Positions 55,791 to 64,000 of a stretch of 64,000 bases of DNA are shown here, in pieces. The translations under genes and the position numbers were made by a program. The notes under the pieces were generated by a model. It searched no databases. It was not told the DNA's origin and saw only the letters and a list, made by a program, of their open reading frames with translations. Source of the stretch: an uncultured Gemmatimonadales bacterium (GTDB lineage: Bacteria > Gemmatimonadota > Gemmatimonadetes > Gemmatimonadales > GWC2-71-9). Location of the stretch: the NCBI GenBank assembly GCA_963771275.1, contig CAVYSW010000003.1, forward strand, positions 1,504,001 through 1,568,000, in the 5' to 3' direction. Position 1 is the stretch's first letter, and every line of letters starts with the position of its first letter.

Positions 55791-55885
55791 ACCGCAGAGC
55801 CCGCGGAGCGCGCAGAGACGACCTGGTGCCTGTTAGGGACGCGCATCAGCTACTTCTCCTCCGCGTCCTCTGCGATCTCTGCGGT
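55791..55885. repeat. 9-bp-periodic palindromic intergenic element (copy 2)
   Basis: ACCGCAGAG CCCGCGGAG CGCGCAGAG ... CTCCGCG TCCTCTGCG ATCTCTGCGGT; the arms are reverse complements. Confidence 0.75.
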
Positions 55886-55920
55886 TCATGCGGTGCCCGA
55901 ATGCCGGCCCGGAGCGCTGG

Positions 55921-56637
55921 CTACAGCAGCCGGCGCAGGATCACCAGCACGCTGATCAGCGCCGACAGCGTGAGGATGACGGGTCGCGTGTAGCCGCGGT
56001 CGAGCCAGCGCGCCGTGTGGCGCGAAAGCCAGAAGCCGACGAAGACGCCGGGGAGCAGCGTCACGGCGGCGAGGATCTCCACCCCTCCGAAACGCCCGAC
56101 GAAGTGCAGGGCGATCAGGGACAGCGACACCCCCACCAGGAAGAACGCGGCCAGCGTGGCGCGAATGGTCGGCCCCGATTCGTACTGATACAGCAACGCC
56201 ATCGGCGGGCCGCCGATCGAGACGGTCGTGCCGAGCACGCCGGAAAGCGCTCCGGCGGTGACGAGCGTCCCCGGCACCGCGGGGACACGCCGGCCGGTCG
56301 CGCTCAGGGCGACTGCCAACAGCACGAAGCCGCCGGAGGCGATGGCGAGTGGATCGGCCGGAACGACGGCGATGATCACCGCGGCGGCCGCGATGCCGGC
56401 GATGCGGCCCACGAGCGCCCACTTGAGATCCCCCCAGGTCACCGATGCGCGCTCCCGGTGGGCCATCAGGATCGTCAACGGAATGGAGGACAGCAGCAAC
56501 GGACCGGGCACCAGCTCGGGGCGGATCAGCAGCAGCAGCGGGACGGCGAAGACCCCCAGGCCGAAACCGATCGTGCCCTGCAGCAGGGCGCCGAACCCGA
56601 CGATGGCGCTGACGAGGGCAAAGAGTGCGGGACTCAC
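55921..56637 (-). CDS. TauE/SafE-family sulfite exporter
   Basis: QGTIGFG.G..AVP, G.LSG..GT..SIGGPP, IRATL; multiple TM segments. Confidence 0.88.
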   Translation of the reverse strand: MSPALFALVSAIVGFGALLQGTIGFGLGVFAVPLLLLIRPELVPGPLLLSSIPLTILMAHRERASVTWGDLKWALVGRIAGIAAAAVIIAVVPADPLAIASGGFVLLAVALSATGRRVPAVPGTLVTAGALSGVLGTTVSIGGPPMALLYQYESGPTIRATLAAFFLVGVSLSLIALHFVGRFGGVEILAAVTLLPGVFVGFWLSRHTARWLDRGYTRPVILTLSALISVLVILRRLL

Positions 56638-56720
56638 TGCGCGGCGACGACTCCCGAGATGGGGCGCGAATGATTGCCGCTGGGGTCGGGCCGGCGCAAG
56701 CGGCGCGCCGGCATCACGCG

Positions 56721-56755
56721 GAACGGGCGCCCGGTTTGCGCCGGACGCCCGTTTC
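56721..56755 (-). terminator. Hairpin, probable terminator downstream of the DUF4384 gene
   Basis: AACGGGCGCCCGG-loop-CCGGACGCCCGTT. Confidence 0.5.
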
Positions 56756-56775
56756 CCCTTGTGGCCCCGATGCCG

Positions 56776-58410
56776 CTAGTGTCGGCGGCCACCACCGCGA
56801 CTCGGTGGACTCGACCGCGCCGGAGGAGCCGAGCGGGCGGGCGGCGAAGCCCGGGGAGCCGAGGTCCGCGGCGCCGGCGAAGCCCGCGGCGGGGACGCCG
56901 TGCGCGGCGCGGGACCACTGCGCCGCGAGAGGGACGGCGTGCCGCTGCTCGTCGATCGGCCGCTGGATGGGGCCGCGCTCCTGGTCGGCGCGCGCTGACT
57001 GCCGGGGCCCACCGGTTGGACACCCGAACGCTCGGCCGGCTGCATCGTGCGCCGCTCCGGGCCGGACACCGGCGCACGCGCCGTCGAGCGCGGCTCAGGC
57101 GCGTCGTTCGCGATGCGGAGGCCGCGCGGGGCCGGGCGCGCCGCTGGCTGGTCGGGGGTGCGCGATCCCGATTGCGGCGCCGGTGCCGCGCGCCGGGTCG
57201 GCCCGATCCTGCCGAGATTCGTGGAGCCGTCACCACTCGGTCGCTGCGGCTGCGCCGGCGCAACGCGCCGGCCCGGACCCGCGGCCGTGGCGCCGGTGGC
57301 GCCGTCCCGCGTGGGTGCCTGCGTCCCCTGCGGTGCGACCCGACGACCCGGACCCACCACCTCAGCCCCGGAGGAACCGCCTCGAACGGGCTGTGGCGCC
57401 ACCCGGCGGCCGATCGCTGCCGACCGGTCCCCGACGGATGTCCGGGTATTCGTCACGGTGCGCCGCCCGAAGTCACCGTTCCACAGCACGCCGGTGGTGC
57501 CACTCGCCAACACGGCTCGAGCGGCCGGCGTCCGCTGCCGCGGGCCCACGGCCCGTGGCTGCAAGCCCCAGCGGTCGTCTGGCGACTTGAACGTGTAGCG
57601 CCCGCTGCCGTGTCCCCCGCCCCCGTAGTACCCAGGGCCGTACCCGGGCCCGTAATACACGGAGCGTGTGTAGGGGTAGTGCGGACCGTACCAGCCCCCG
57701 TAGCTCCAACCGGGCCAGTAGCCCGGCCACCCGAACCACGGGTCATACCACGGATTGTACCACGGATCCCACCAGGGGTCGTACCAGAACGCGGCCGGCC
57801 CGATGCCGAGCCCGAAGTTGATGCTGAACGCGGAGTGGCCGTACCAGGCGTGACCGCCGTAGTAGGGATCGTACAGCGACAGGTTCGCCGCCGCGTCGTA
57901 CCCGACGTCGTAGCGCGTTACGTCATACTCGAACGTCCCGCCCGCGAGCTTCTGGACGAGCGCGGTGAGGTCGGCCTCCGGGTCGTCCCCCACGGCAAAA
58001 TCCGGCGCGCGGTAGTCCCAATGGCCGTTCAGCACCAGGCCGTCAAACTGGAACGGATCGCGCGAGACCGCCGCGTACACGTACCCGCTCCCGTCCGTCT
58101 GGTAGACCGCGAAGGCTTCGCGATCTCCGCGCCCGCGAATCTCGTAGTCCCGCCCGCCGCGAACGTAATCGTCGTCAGTTGGATCGAGGGGGAAGAGCAC
58201 GCGCACGCGGCCGGACGGCTCGACATGCAGTACCACCACATAGCCGTCGTCCTGCGTGCGCACGTACGCGCGGATCTTGTCGGCGCGCATCACGTCGCTG
58301 CGGTTGAGCCAGACCCGAATCCCCGGGTCGTCACGGCCCTGGGCCTGCGCCGCCGAGCTCGTCGCGGCAGCGGCTGTCAGGGCCAATGCCGCCAATAGGA
58401 CCGATCGCAT
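56776..58410 (-). CDS. Secreted DUF4384-domain protein with aromatic/Gly-rich and Arg/Pro/Ser-rich low-complexity tail
   Basis: Signal peptide; DDGYVVVL....GRVRVLFP.DP (DUF4384-like); WYDPW repeats; disordered C-terminus; GGAGG RBS. Confidence 0.78.
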   Translation of the reverse strand: MRSVLLAALALTAAAATSSAAQAQGRDDPGIRVWLNRSDVMRADKIRAYVRTQDDGYVVVLHVEPSGRVRVLFPLDPTDDDYVRGGRDYEIRGRGDREAFAVYQTDGSGYVYAAVSRDPFQFDGLVLNGHWDYRAPDFAVGDDPEADLTALVQKLAGGTFEYDVTRYDVGYDAAANLSLYDPYYGGHAWYGHSAFSINFGLGIGPAAFWYDPWWDPWYNPWYDPWFGWPGYWPGWSYGGWYGPHYPYTRSVYYGPGYGPGYYGGGGHGSGRYTFKSPDDRWGLQPRAVGPRQRTPAARAVLASGTTGVLWNGDFGRRTVTNTRTSVGDRSAAIGRRVAPQPVRGGSSGAEVVGPGRRVAPQGTQAPTRDGATGATAAGPGRRVAPAQPQRPSGDGSTNLGRIGPTRRAAPAPQSGSRTPDQPAARPAPRGLRIANDAPEPRSTARAPVSGPERRTMQPAERSGVQPVGPGSQRAPTRSAAPSSGRSTSSGTPSLSRRSGPAPRTASPPRASPAPRTSAPRASPPARSAPPARSSPPSRGGGRRH

Positions 58411-58482
58411 ACATCCTCCCGGTATCTCGGGATGGGCCGCCTGTCCAAGGAAGGCAGTCCCAGTTCACCGCTCTACGGTACT

Positions 58483-58498
58483 AGCGAGATGCGTGCCA
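58483..58498 (-). promoter_or_regulatory. Sigma54-type promoter (-24/-12)
   Basis: Minus strand TGGCACGCATCTCGCT versus consensus TGGCACG-N4-TTGCW, about 70 nt upstream of the DUF4384 start. Confidence 0.6.
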
Positions 58499-58590
58499 CA
58501 TGCTAACCTATTGTCAGGCAACCGGTTCAGTAAACTCCGCCGGGGCCAATCCGTCCACTTTTCATGACACCGGAGCGGGGTGGTGACAAC

Positions 58591-59016
58591 GTGACCTGGA
58601 AAGCGTCAGCCAGACACTGGACGTGGACCCTGGACGCGGAGTTCGGGCACCGGGATATCACGCCTGATCTCGCAGGCGCCGTCGCCGAGGCGGGGGTCCG
58701 GATCGGGGTGGTGACGGTGCAGCTCACGGGGTCAACCGGGGCGGTCACGACCATCGAGTACGAGTCCGGGGCCCTCCAGGACTTGCGGCGGGCCCTGGAC
58801 CGGATCGCCGCCGCGAACGACGACTACGCGCACAACGCCCGCTGGGGGGACGGCAACGGTTTCTCGCACGTCCGCTCGGCGCTGCTCAAGACCTGCCTCA
58901 CGATCCCGGTCGTGGAGGGCCGGCTGGCCCTGGGCACGTGGCAGCAGGTGGTGGTGATCAACCTCGACAACCGCCGGCGGGCGCGGGAGGTGGTGGCGGT
59001 GGTGATGGGAGAGTAA
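58591..59016 (+). CDS. yjbQ: YjbQ/UPF0047 family protein
   Basis: GSTGA.TTIEYE.G, YAHN..WGDGNG.SH, LGTWQQ motifs. Alternative start is ATG58564. Confidence 0.9.
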   Translation: MTWKASARHWTWTLDAEFGHRDITPDLAGAVAEAGVRIGVVTVQLTGSTGAVTTIEYESGALQDLRRALDRIAAANDDYAHNARWGDGNGFSHVRSALLKTCLTIPVVEGRLALGTWQQVVVINLDNRRRAREVVAVVMGE

Positions 59017-59190
59017 GAGCGTGTAGCGTGTGGCGTGCAGCGAGGGTGGAGATATCCTGCTCCGGCGGTTGGGTCTTCGTCCGCCTCAGCGCGAGTGTGC
59101 CAGGTCGTCCCCGCCCCGTGTATACTTCTCAGATGATGGTGTCATAGTGGGTCGCCACTCCGTCGTTCTCGCCTCGTCCCGTCACCCGTC

Positions 59191-61473
59191 GTGAGCGCGC
59201 GCGCAATCCGCCGCGTCGCGATGGTGGGCAACTACCTGCCGCGCCAGTGCGGCATTGCCACGTTCACGGCCGACTTGAGTGACGCGATCGTTGCTGAGCT
59301 TCCGGCGATCGACTGCTTCGTGCTCGCCATGAACGACGGCGGCGCCCGGTACGCGTACCCGCCGCGGGTGCGCTTCGAGATCGCCGAGAACGAAGTCGCC
59401 GGGTACCAACGGGCCGCCGACTTCCTCAACGTCAACAGCGTCGATGTCGTCGCCGTCCAGCACGAGTACGGCATTTTCGGGGGCAAAGCCGGTGCGCATG
59501 TCCTCACGTTGCTGCACGAGCTGCGCATGCCGGTCGTGACGACGCTGCACACCATCCTGGCCGCGCCCGACCCCCAGCAACGCCGCGTGATGAACGAACT
59601 CACGCGACTGTCGGAGCGGCTCGTCGTGATGAGCGCACAGGGCGCGGTGCTGCTGCAGCAGGTCCACGGCGTCCCGGAAGGGAAGATCGACCTGATCCCG
59701 CACGGCATCCCGAGCGTCCCGTCCGCGAGCGCCAGCAAGGATCGGCTCGGCGTCGAGGGCAAGGCCGTGCTCTTGACGTTCGGGCTCCTCTCGCCGGACA
59801 AGGGGATCGAGTACGTCATCGATGCCCTGCCCACGATCCTCGCGCGCTTCCCGGACGCGGTCTATATCGTTCTTGGTGCCACGCATCCCCACGTCCGGGA
59901 ACGCCACGGCGAGAGCTACCGGGTCATGCTGGAAGCCCGGGCGCTGCGGCTCGGCGTGGACGCCAATGTGATCTTCCACAACCGCTTCGTGAGCCACGAC
60001 GAGCTCACCGAGTTTCTCGCCGCCGCCGACGTCTACGTCACGCCATCGCTCCAGCCGGAGCAGAGTACGTCGGGCACGCTGGCCTACGCCGTGGGGTCCG
60101 GCAAGGCCGTGATCTCGACGCCCTACGTGTACGCGCGCGAGTTGCTGGCCGATCGGCGGGGGATCCTGGTTCCGTGGCGGGATGCGGCTGCGATCGCGCG
60201 CGCGGTGAGCGACCTTCTGGCCGACGACGCGGAGCGGCTCGCGCTGGGCCAGCGCGCCGCCACGCACGGCCGGAGCATGCAATGGCCCGCGGTGGCTCGG
60301 CGCTACGTGGCGAGCTTCGAGCAGGCGCGGGTGGAGCACGCCGCCCGGCTCCGGACTTCCTTCCGGGCGAGGACCCTCGCAGAGCGGCCGGCGGGGTTGC
60401 CGGAGCTGAATCTCGCGCACCTCCGCCTCCTCACCGACGATACCGGCCTGCTGCAACACGCCGTCTACAGCGTCCCGCGCTACGATGACGGCTACTGCCT
60501 CGACGACAACGCGCGGGCCCTGCTCCTGATGACGCTCATCGAGGACGCCGGCACCGATGAGGGCCCGACCGTCCGTGCTCTGGCATCGCGCTATCTGGCC
60601 TTCGTGAGCCACGCGCTCGACCGGAGCGCCGGACGCTTCAGGAACTTCATGTCGTACGAGCGGCGGTGGACCGAGACGGCCGGGTCGGAGGACAGCCACG
60701 GGCGTGCGGCCTGGGCGCTGGGCGCCGTGGTCGGCCGCCTCGGCGATCCCGGACGGCGGAGCCTGGCCGCCGACCTGTTCCACGCCGCGCTTCCGGCCGT
60801 GCCGGCGTTCTCGAGCCCGCGCGCCTGGGCGTATGCGCTCCTCGGAGTGGAGGAGTACCTCGGCGCATTCCAGGGCGACCGCGGCGTGCAGGCGATCCGG
60901 GGCGCGCTTGCCGAGCGGCTGCTCGGCCTGTTCCGCCGGACGGCCGGACCGGATTGGCCATGGTTCGAGAACCGCGTCACCTACTGCAACGCCCGCCTGC
61001 CGCAAGCGCTGCTCGTGTCGGGCACGCGGATGGACGATCCCGGGATGGTGGCCGCAGGGACGCAGGCGCTCGACTGGCTGGTCGCCATCCAGCGCTCGCC
61101 GGACGGCTACTTCGCGCCGGTCGGATCCAACACCGGCGTGGAGCGGGGCGTGCCCGTGGCCGCGTTCGATCACCAGCCGGTGGAGGCGTGCGCGATGGTC
61201 TCGGCCTGCCTTGTAGCGCACCGGGTGACCGGCGCCCGCAGCTGGACTGAGCATGCGCGACGCGCGTTCAGCTGGTTTCTGGGGCAGAACCACCTGCACC
61301 ACTCGCTCTACGACGCATCCACCGGCGGGTGCCGCGACGGGCTGCACGCCGACCGGCCGAACGAGAACCAGGGCGGGGAATCCACGCTGTCCTTCCTGCT
61401 CGCGCTGGTAGCCATGCGGTCGACCGACGGGGCCGACGAGCCTCATTCCGTACCCGGAGACGCCAGTCCATGA
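59191..61473 (+). CDS. GT4 glycosyltransferase fused to a C-terminal helical (alpha/alpha-barrel-like) domain
   Basis: PRQCGIATFT, QHEYGIFGG, TFGLLSPDKGIE, QSTSGTLAYA.G.GK, STPY; C-terminal GLLQHA, GYCLDDNARAL, NQGGES. Confidence 0.9.
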   Translation: MSARAIRRVAMVGNYLPRQCGIATFTADLSDAIVAELPAIDCFVLAMNDGGARYAYPPRVRFEIAENEVAGYQRAADFLNVNSVDVVAVQHEYGIFGGKAGAHVLTLLHELRMPVVTTLHTILAAPDPQQRRVMNELTRLSERLVVMSAQGAVLLQQVHGVPEGKIDLIPHGIPSVPSASASKDRLGVEGKAVLLTFGLLSPDKGIEYVIDALPTILARFPDAVYIVLGATHPHVRERHGESYRVMLEARALRLGVDANVIFHNRFVSHDELTEFLAAADVYVTPSLQPEQSTSGTLAYAVGSGKAVISTPYVYARELLADRRGILVPWRDAAAIARAVSDLLADDAERLALGQRAATHGRSMQWPAVARRYVASFEQARVEHAARLRTSFRARTLAERPAGLPELNLAHLRLLTDDTGLLQHAVYSVPRYDDGYCLDDNARALLLMTLIEDAGTDEGPTVRALASRYLAFVSHALDRSAGRFRNFMSYERRWTETAGSEDSHGRAAWALGAVVGRLGDPGRRSLAADLFHAALPAVPAFSSPRAWAYALLGVEEYLGAFQGDRGVQAIRGALAERLLGLFRRTAGPDWPWFENRVTYCNARLPQALLVSGTRMDDPGMVAAGTQALDWLVAIQRSPDGYFAPVGSNTGVERGVPVAAFDHQPVEACAMVSACLVAHRVTGARSWTEHARRAFSWFLGQNHLHHSLYDASTGGCRDGLHADRPNENQGGESTLSFLLALVAMRSTDGADEPHSVPGDASP

Positions 61474-62420
61474 CCGTGGCGAGACACTACGACGTGCTGC
61501 TGCACCGGCACGCGAGCAACCCCATCCTCACCGCGGCCGACTGGCCGTACGCCATGCATACGGTGTTCAACGCCGGCGCCACGCGGCTCCCTGACGGCAC
61601 GACGTTGCTGCTGTGTCGCGTCGAGGATCGCAGTGGTCTCTCACACCTGTGCGCGGCGCGGTCTGCCAACGGGGTCGACGGATGGGTCATCGACGCGGAG
61701 CCGACCCTCTCGCCCGATCCGGAGCGCCACCCCGAGGAGCTCTGGGGGATCGAGGACCCGCGGATCACGTGGATCGAGGAGCTGGGCAGGTACGCGATCG
61801 CGTACACCGCCTTCGGCAAAGGCGGACCGGGCGTCGCCCTGGCGCTGACCGAGGACTTCCGAAGCTTCGAGCGCCTGGGATTGGCGCTGCAGCCGGAGGA
61901 CAAGGACGCGGCCCTGCTCCCGCGTCGCGTGGACGGGAACTTCGCGCTGCTGCACCGCCCGATGACGTATGGGCGCGGCGACATCTGGCTGTCGTTCTCG
62001 CCGGATCTGCGCAATTGGGGCGGACACCGCCCTGTGCTGCAGGCGCGTCGGGGCGGCTGGTGGGACGCGAACAAGGTGGGGCTGTCGCCCCCGCTCATCG
62101 AGACGGCCCGTGGATGGCTGATGCTGTACCACGGCGTCCGCCAGACCGCGTCCGGCAGCATCTATCGCCTCGGCGCCGCCCTGCTCGACCTGGACCGGCC
62201 AGACCAGTGCCTCCTGCGCGGCGATGCCTGGATCTTCGGGCCGGAAGCCGCGTACGAGCGCGAGGGCGACGTGGCCAACGTCGCCTTCCCGTGCGGCTAC
62301 ACCATCGACGCGGACGGCGACACGCTCAATCTCTATTACGGCGCGGCGGATACGAGCGTGGCTCTCGCGACCGGGAGCATCCGCCAGTTGTTGTCGTGGC
62401 TCGATGCGCACGGGGGGTAA
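61470..62420 (+). CDS. GH130 family glycosidase/mannoside phosphorylase
   Basis: NPIL, VFNAGA, GIEDPRIT, DKDAALLP, HRP, YHGV, NVAFPCG, YYGAADT; ATGA overlap with the GT4 gene. Confidence 0.92.
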   Translation: MTVARHYDVLLHRHASNPILTAADWPYAMHTVFNAGATRLPDGTTLLLCRVEDRSGLSHLCAARSANGVDGWVIDAEPTLSPDPERHPEELWGIEDPRITWIEELGRYAIAYTAFGKGGPGVALALTEDFRSFERLGLALQPEDKDAALLPRRVDGNFALLHRPMTYGRGDIWLSFSPDLRNWGGHRPVLQARRGGWWDANKVGLSPPLIETARGWLMLYHGVRQTASGSIYRLGAALLDLDRPDQCLLRGDAWIFGPEAAYEREGDVANVAFPCGYTIDADGDTLNLYYGAADTSVALATGSIRQLLSWLDAHGG

Positions 62421-62423
62421 GTC

Positions 62424-63326
62424 TCACGAGGACTGGCCGTCCCCGGTCAGCGCGGCCGGATCCTGGTGATAGAACTTCCGCAACTCCTCGTACACCTCGG
62501 GCGCCTCCCTGAGCAGCCGGCGCGGCTGCTCGAAGAACGCCTCGGTGGCCACGGCGAAGAACTCGGCGCGATTGGTGGCGCCGTACGGGTCCAGCGTGGT
62601 CTCGGCGGCCTGATCGATGAGTTGCTGGTAACGCCGGAAGTAGCTCCCCATCACGTATCCCCAGACGCGGTACGAGGACGGCGGCTCGAGCAGGGGCACG
62701 CCGTTTGCCACTCCGTCCTCGTGGTCGAGCACGTGCGCGAACTCGTGGAGCACGACATTGTGGGCGTCGCTCCGGTTGCGACTGCCCGAGAGGCTGCTGG
62801 GCCATGACAGGATGACGGTCCCCGATGCCCAAGCCTCACCCAGTTCCGGGACCGGCGGCTGGTAGACGGCACCGGTGGGCCCAGGGGCCTCGACGCGGTG
62901 AGGGACGAACGTCCCGGGGTAGACGAGGATGTGTTTCAGCCTGGGGTAGCGCGGATACCTGAGCTTCAGCAGGAGCAGGCACGCCTGGGCCGCGATCGTC
63001 ACGCGCATCTCCTCGGTGAGCACGATCCCGTTACACCCCTCCATCGGCTCCTCGTCGAGAAACACCTGCACGAGCCGGAGCAACCGTTCCCGGTCTGCGG
63101 ACGGGAGACGCTCGGCCAGGGCCACGTTGCGCGCGACGATGGCATTCCATTCGGGCGGGATCGGGTCGGAGCGGAACCGGACGCGCGCGCCGAGCGGGAG
63201 GTAGCGCAACAGGGGCGCGATGCGCCGCATGGCGCCGTAGACGACGAGTGTGAGAGCGGCCAGAGCGACAATGACGAGGGTTACGGCTCCGGCCCCTGCG
63301 AGGAACGTCTTCACGGTTTCGAGCAT
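62424..63326 (-). CDS. mtfA: MtfA-family (M90) zinc metallopeptidase
   Basis: IAAQACL, ILVYP..F, GEAW..G.V.LSW, NVVLHEFAH.LD, YGATN.AEFFAVATE.FFE. Confidence 0.92.
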   Translation of the reverse strand: MLETVKTFLAGAGAVTLVIVALAALTLVVYGAMRRIAPLLRYLPLGARVRFRSDPIPPEWNAIVARNVALAERLPSADRERLLRLVQVFLDEEPMEGCNGIVLTEEMRVTIAAQACLLLLKLRYPRYPRLKHILVYPGTFVPHRVEAPGPTGAVYQPPVPELGEAWASGTVILSWPSSLSGSRNRSDAHNVVLHEFAHVLDHEDGVANGVPLLEPPSSYRVWGYVMGSYFRRYQQLIDQAAETTLDPYGATNRAEFFAVATEAFFEQPRRLLREAPEVYEELRKFYHQDPAALTGDGQSS

Positions 63327-63417
63327 TCCGGGCCCTGTCGTGTCTGGTCATCGCCGGGCTTGTCAGGCGCGGGCCGAGGAGAGCGCGGTCTGCTGGCAGC
63401 GGGGCAGACCGCGTGTC

Positions 63418-64000
63418 TCAGCGCAGCGTCCAGGTGGTGCCAAAGGAGAATCGCGGCTGCATCGTGCCGGCGAGGTTGCTGAAGGTCCCGGCGACCTGGT
63501 CGCCCTCCGGAAGGCCCTGTCCGAGGTATACACCGAGAGGTTCGAGCCCGACCCACACGACCACGATCGTCTCCTGCTCGTGCCCCACACAGAGAGGCTC
63601 TCCGCCGTTCCGGCGCCGATCGTCAGCGGAGCAGTCAATCACATATGGTGTGATCTGCACCGTGAGGTCGGGGTACTCATGGACCGTCGAATCGAGATCC
63701 GGCCGGAGGTCATAGCTCGACCACGTGGCGCTCGCGCTACCCGAGAATCGCCCCACCCCGTAGGAATTCAGGCAACCTTCGACGTCGCAGAAGTCGTCGA
63801 TCGCAAACTGAGCCCGGAGGGTATCGACCTGTGTCGTCACGACCCCGGTCTCCGAGCCGCACACCAGGATGTCGCGTGGGAGCGGATCGAGGGGATCACA
63901 GTCGTAGGTGGTCGTGAACACAGCCACCACCTCGTATTCTCCGCCTACTCGAATGAACAGGCCCGGAACCTCGGTGGGGGATCCGCAGGCGGCGAAGATG
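63418..64000 (-). CDS. Hypothetical lipoprotein, 5' end beyond the window
   Basis: Frame is open to the window end and reads IFAACGSPTE... (lipobox-like); several Cys; weaker GC3 bias than neighbours. Confidence 0.55.
   Translation of the reverse strand, partial: IFAACGSPTEVPGLFIRVGGEYEVVAVFTTTYDCDPLDPLPRDILVCGSETGVVTTQVDTLRAQFAIDDFCDVEGCLNSYGVGRFSGSASATWSSYDLRPDLDSTVHEYPDLTVQITPYVIDCSADDRRRNGGEPLCVGHEQETIVVVWVGLEPLGVYLGQGLPEGDQVAGTFSNLAGTMQPRFSFGTTWTLR

Noticed and set aside
56625..58398. Several long plus-strand ORFs over the DUF4384 gene
   Set aside because: These are shadows of a GC-rich low-complexity coding region. The minus-strand ORF has the RBS, signal peptide and domain.
59182..61446. 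754-aa minus-strand ORF exactly opposite the GT4 gene
   Set aside because: Antisense shadow with no family motifs.
1..64000. Prophage, IS element, integron, tRNA/rRNA or defence island
   Set aside because: No integrase, transposase, phage structural, restriction/defence or structured RNA gene signatures were recognised. Composition is fairly uniform apart from short patches.

Overview
High-GC bacterial chromosomal segment, densely coding, with about 53 genes. The gene repertoire (membrane Ser/Thr kinase with a helical-repeat tail, DUF4382/DUF4384 proteins, many small lipoproteins) suggests Gemmatimonadota; this is an inference. In order, the window holds: an ECF sigma factor with a truncated downstream partner, divergent from a DUF4382 lipoprotein, an outer-membrane protein and a cytochrome c'; an FHA-trypsin protease; an alkyl-DHAP-synthase-like/GlpD-like/DAG-kinase operon whose first gene is frameshifted; two aldo/keto reductases; APC and CDF transporters; a glycan-degradation cluster (GH20-PA14, two GH29, CutC); a receiver protein and PAS-PAS-HK-REC-REC-HPt hybrid kinase followed by a small ADP-ribosyltransferase-like ORF; idi; a glycogen operon (glgP, glgA, three GH57 genes) next to pdxH; a Ser/Thr kinase; an ATP-grasp ligase; a GMC oxidoreductase; a ThDP enzyme; a cysteine-desulfurase-like gene; TauE; DUF4384; YjbQ; a GT4-fusion plus GH130 pair; and MtfA. 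I saw no rRNA, tRNA, CRISPR array, integrase or transposase. The main non-coding signals are twin divergent AGTGAC-N16-GGGTAT promoter motifs, two copies of a 9-bp-periodic palindromic element, a perfect 14-bp inverted repeat with a second TGACC-N3-GGTCA box, a sigma54-like promoter and a recurrent TAAS-N3-TTG-N5-CAR-N3-GTT palindrome. All product calls come from recognising motifs by eye; no database search was run.
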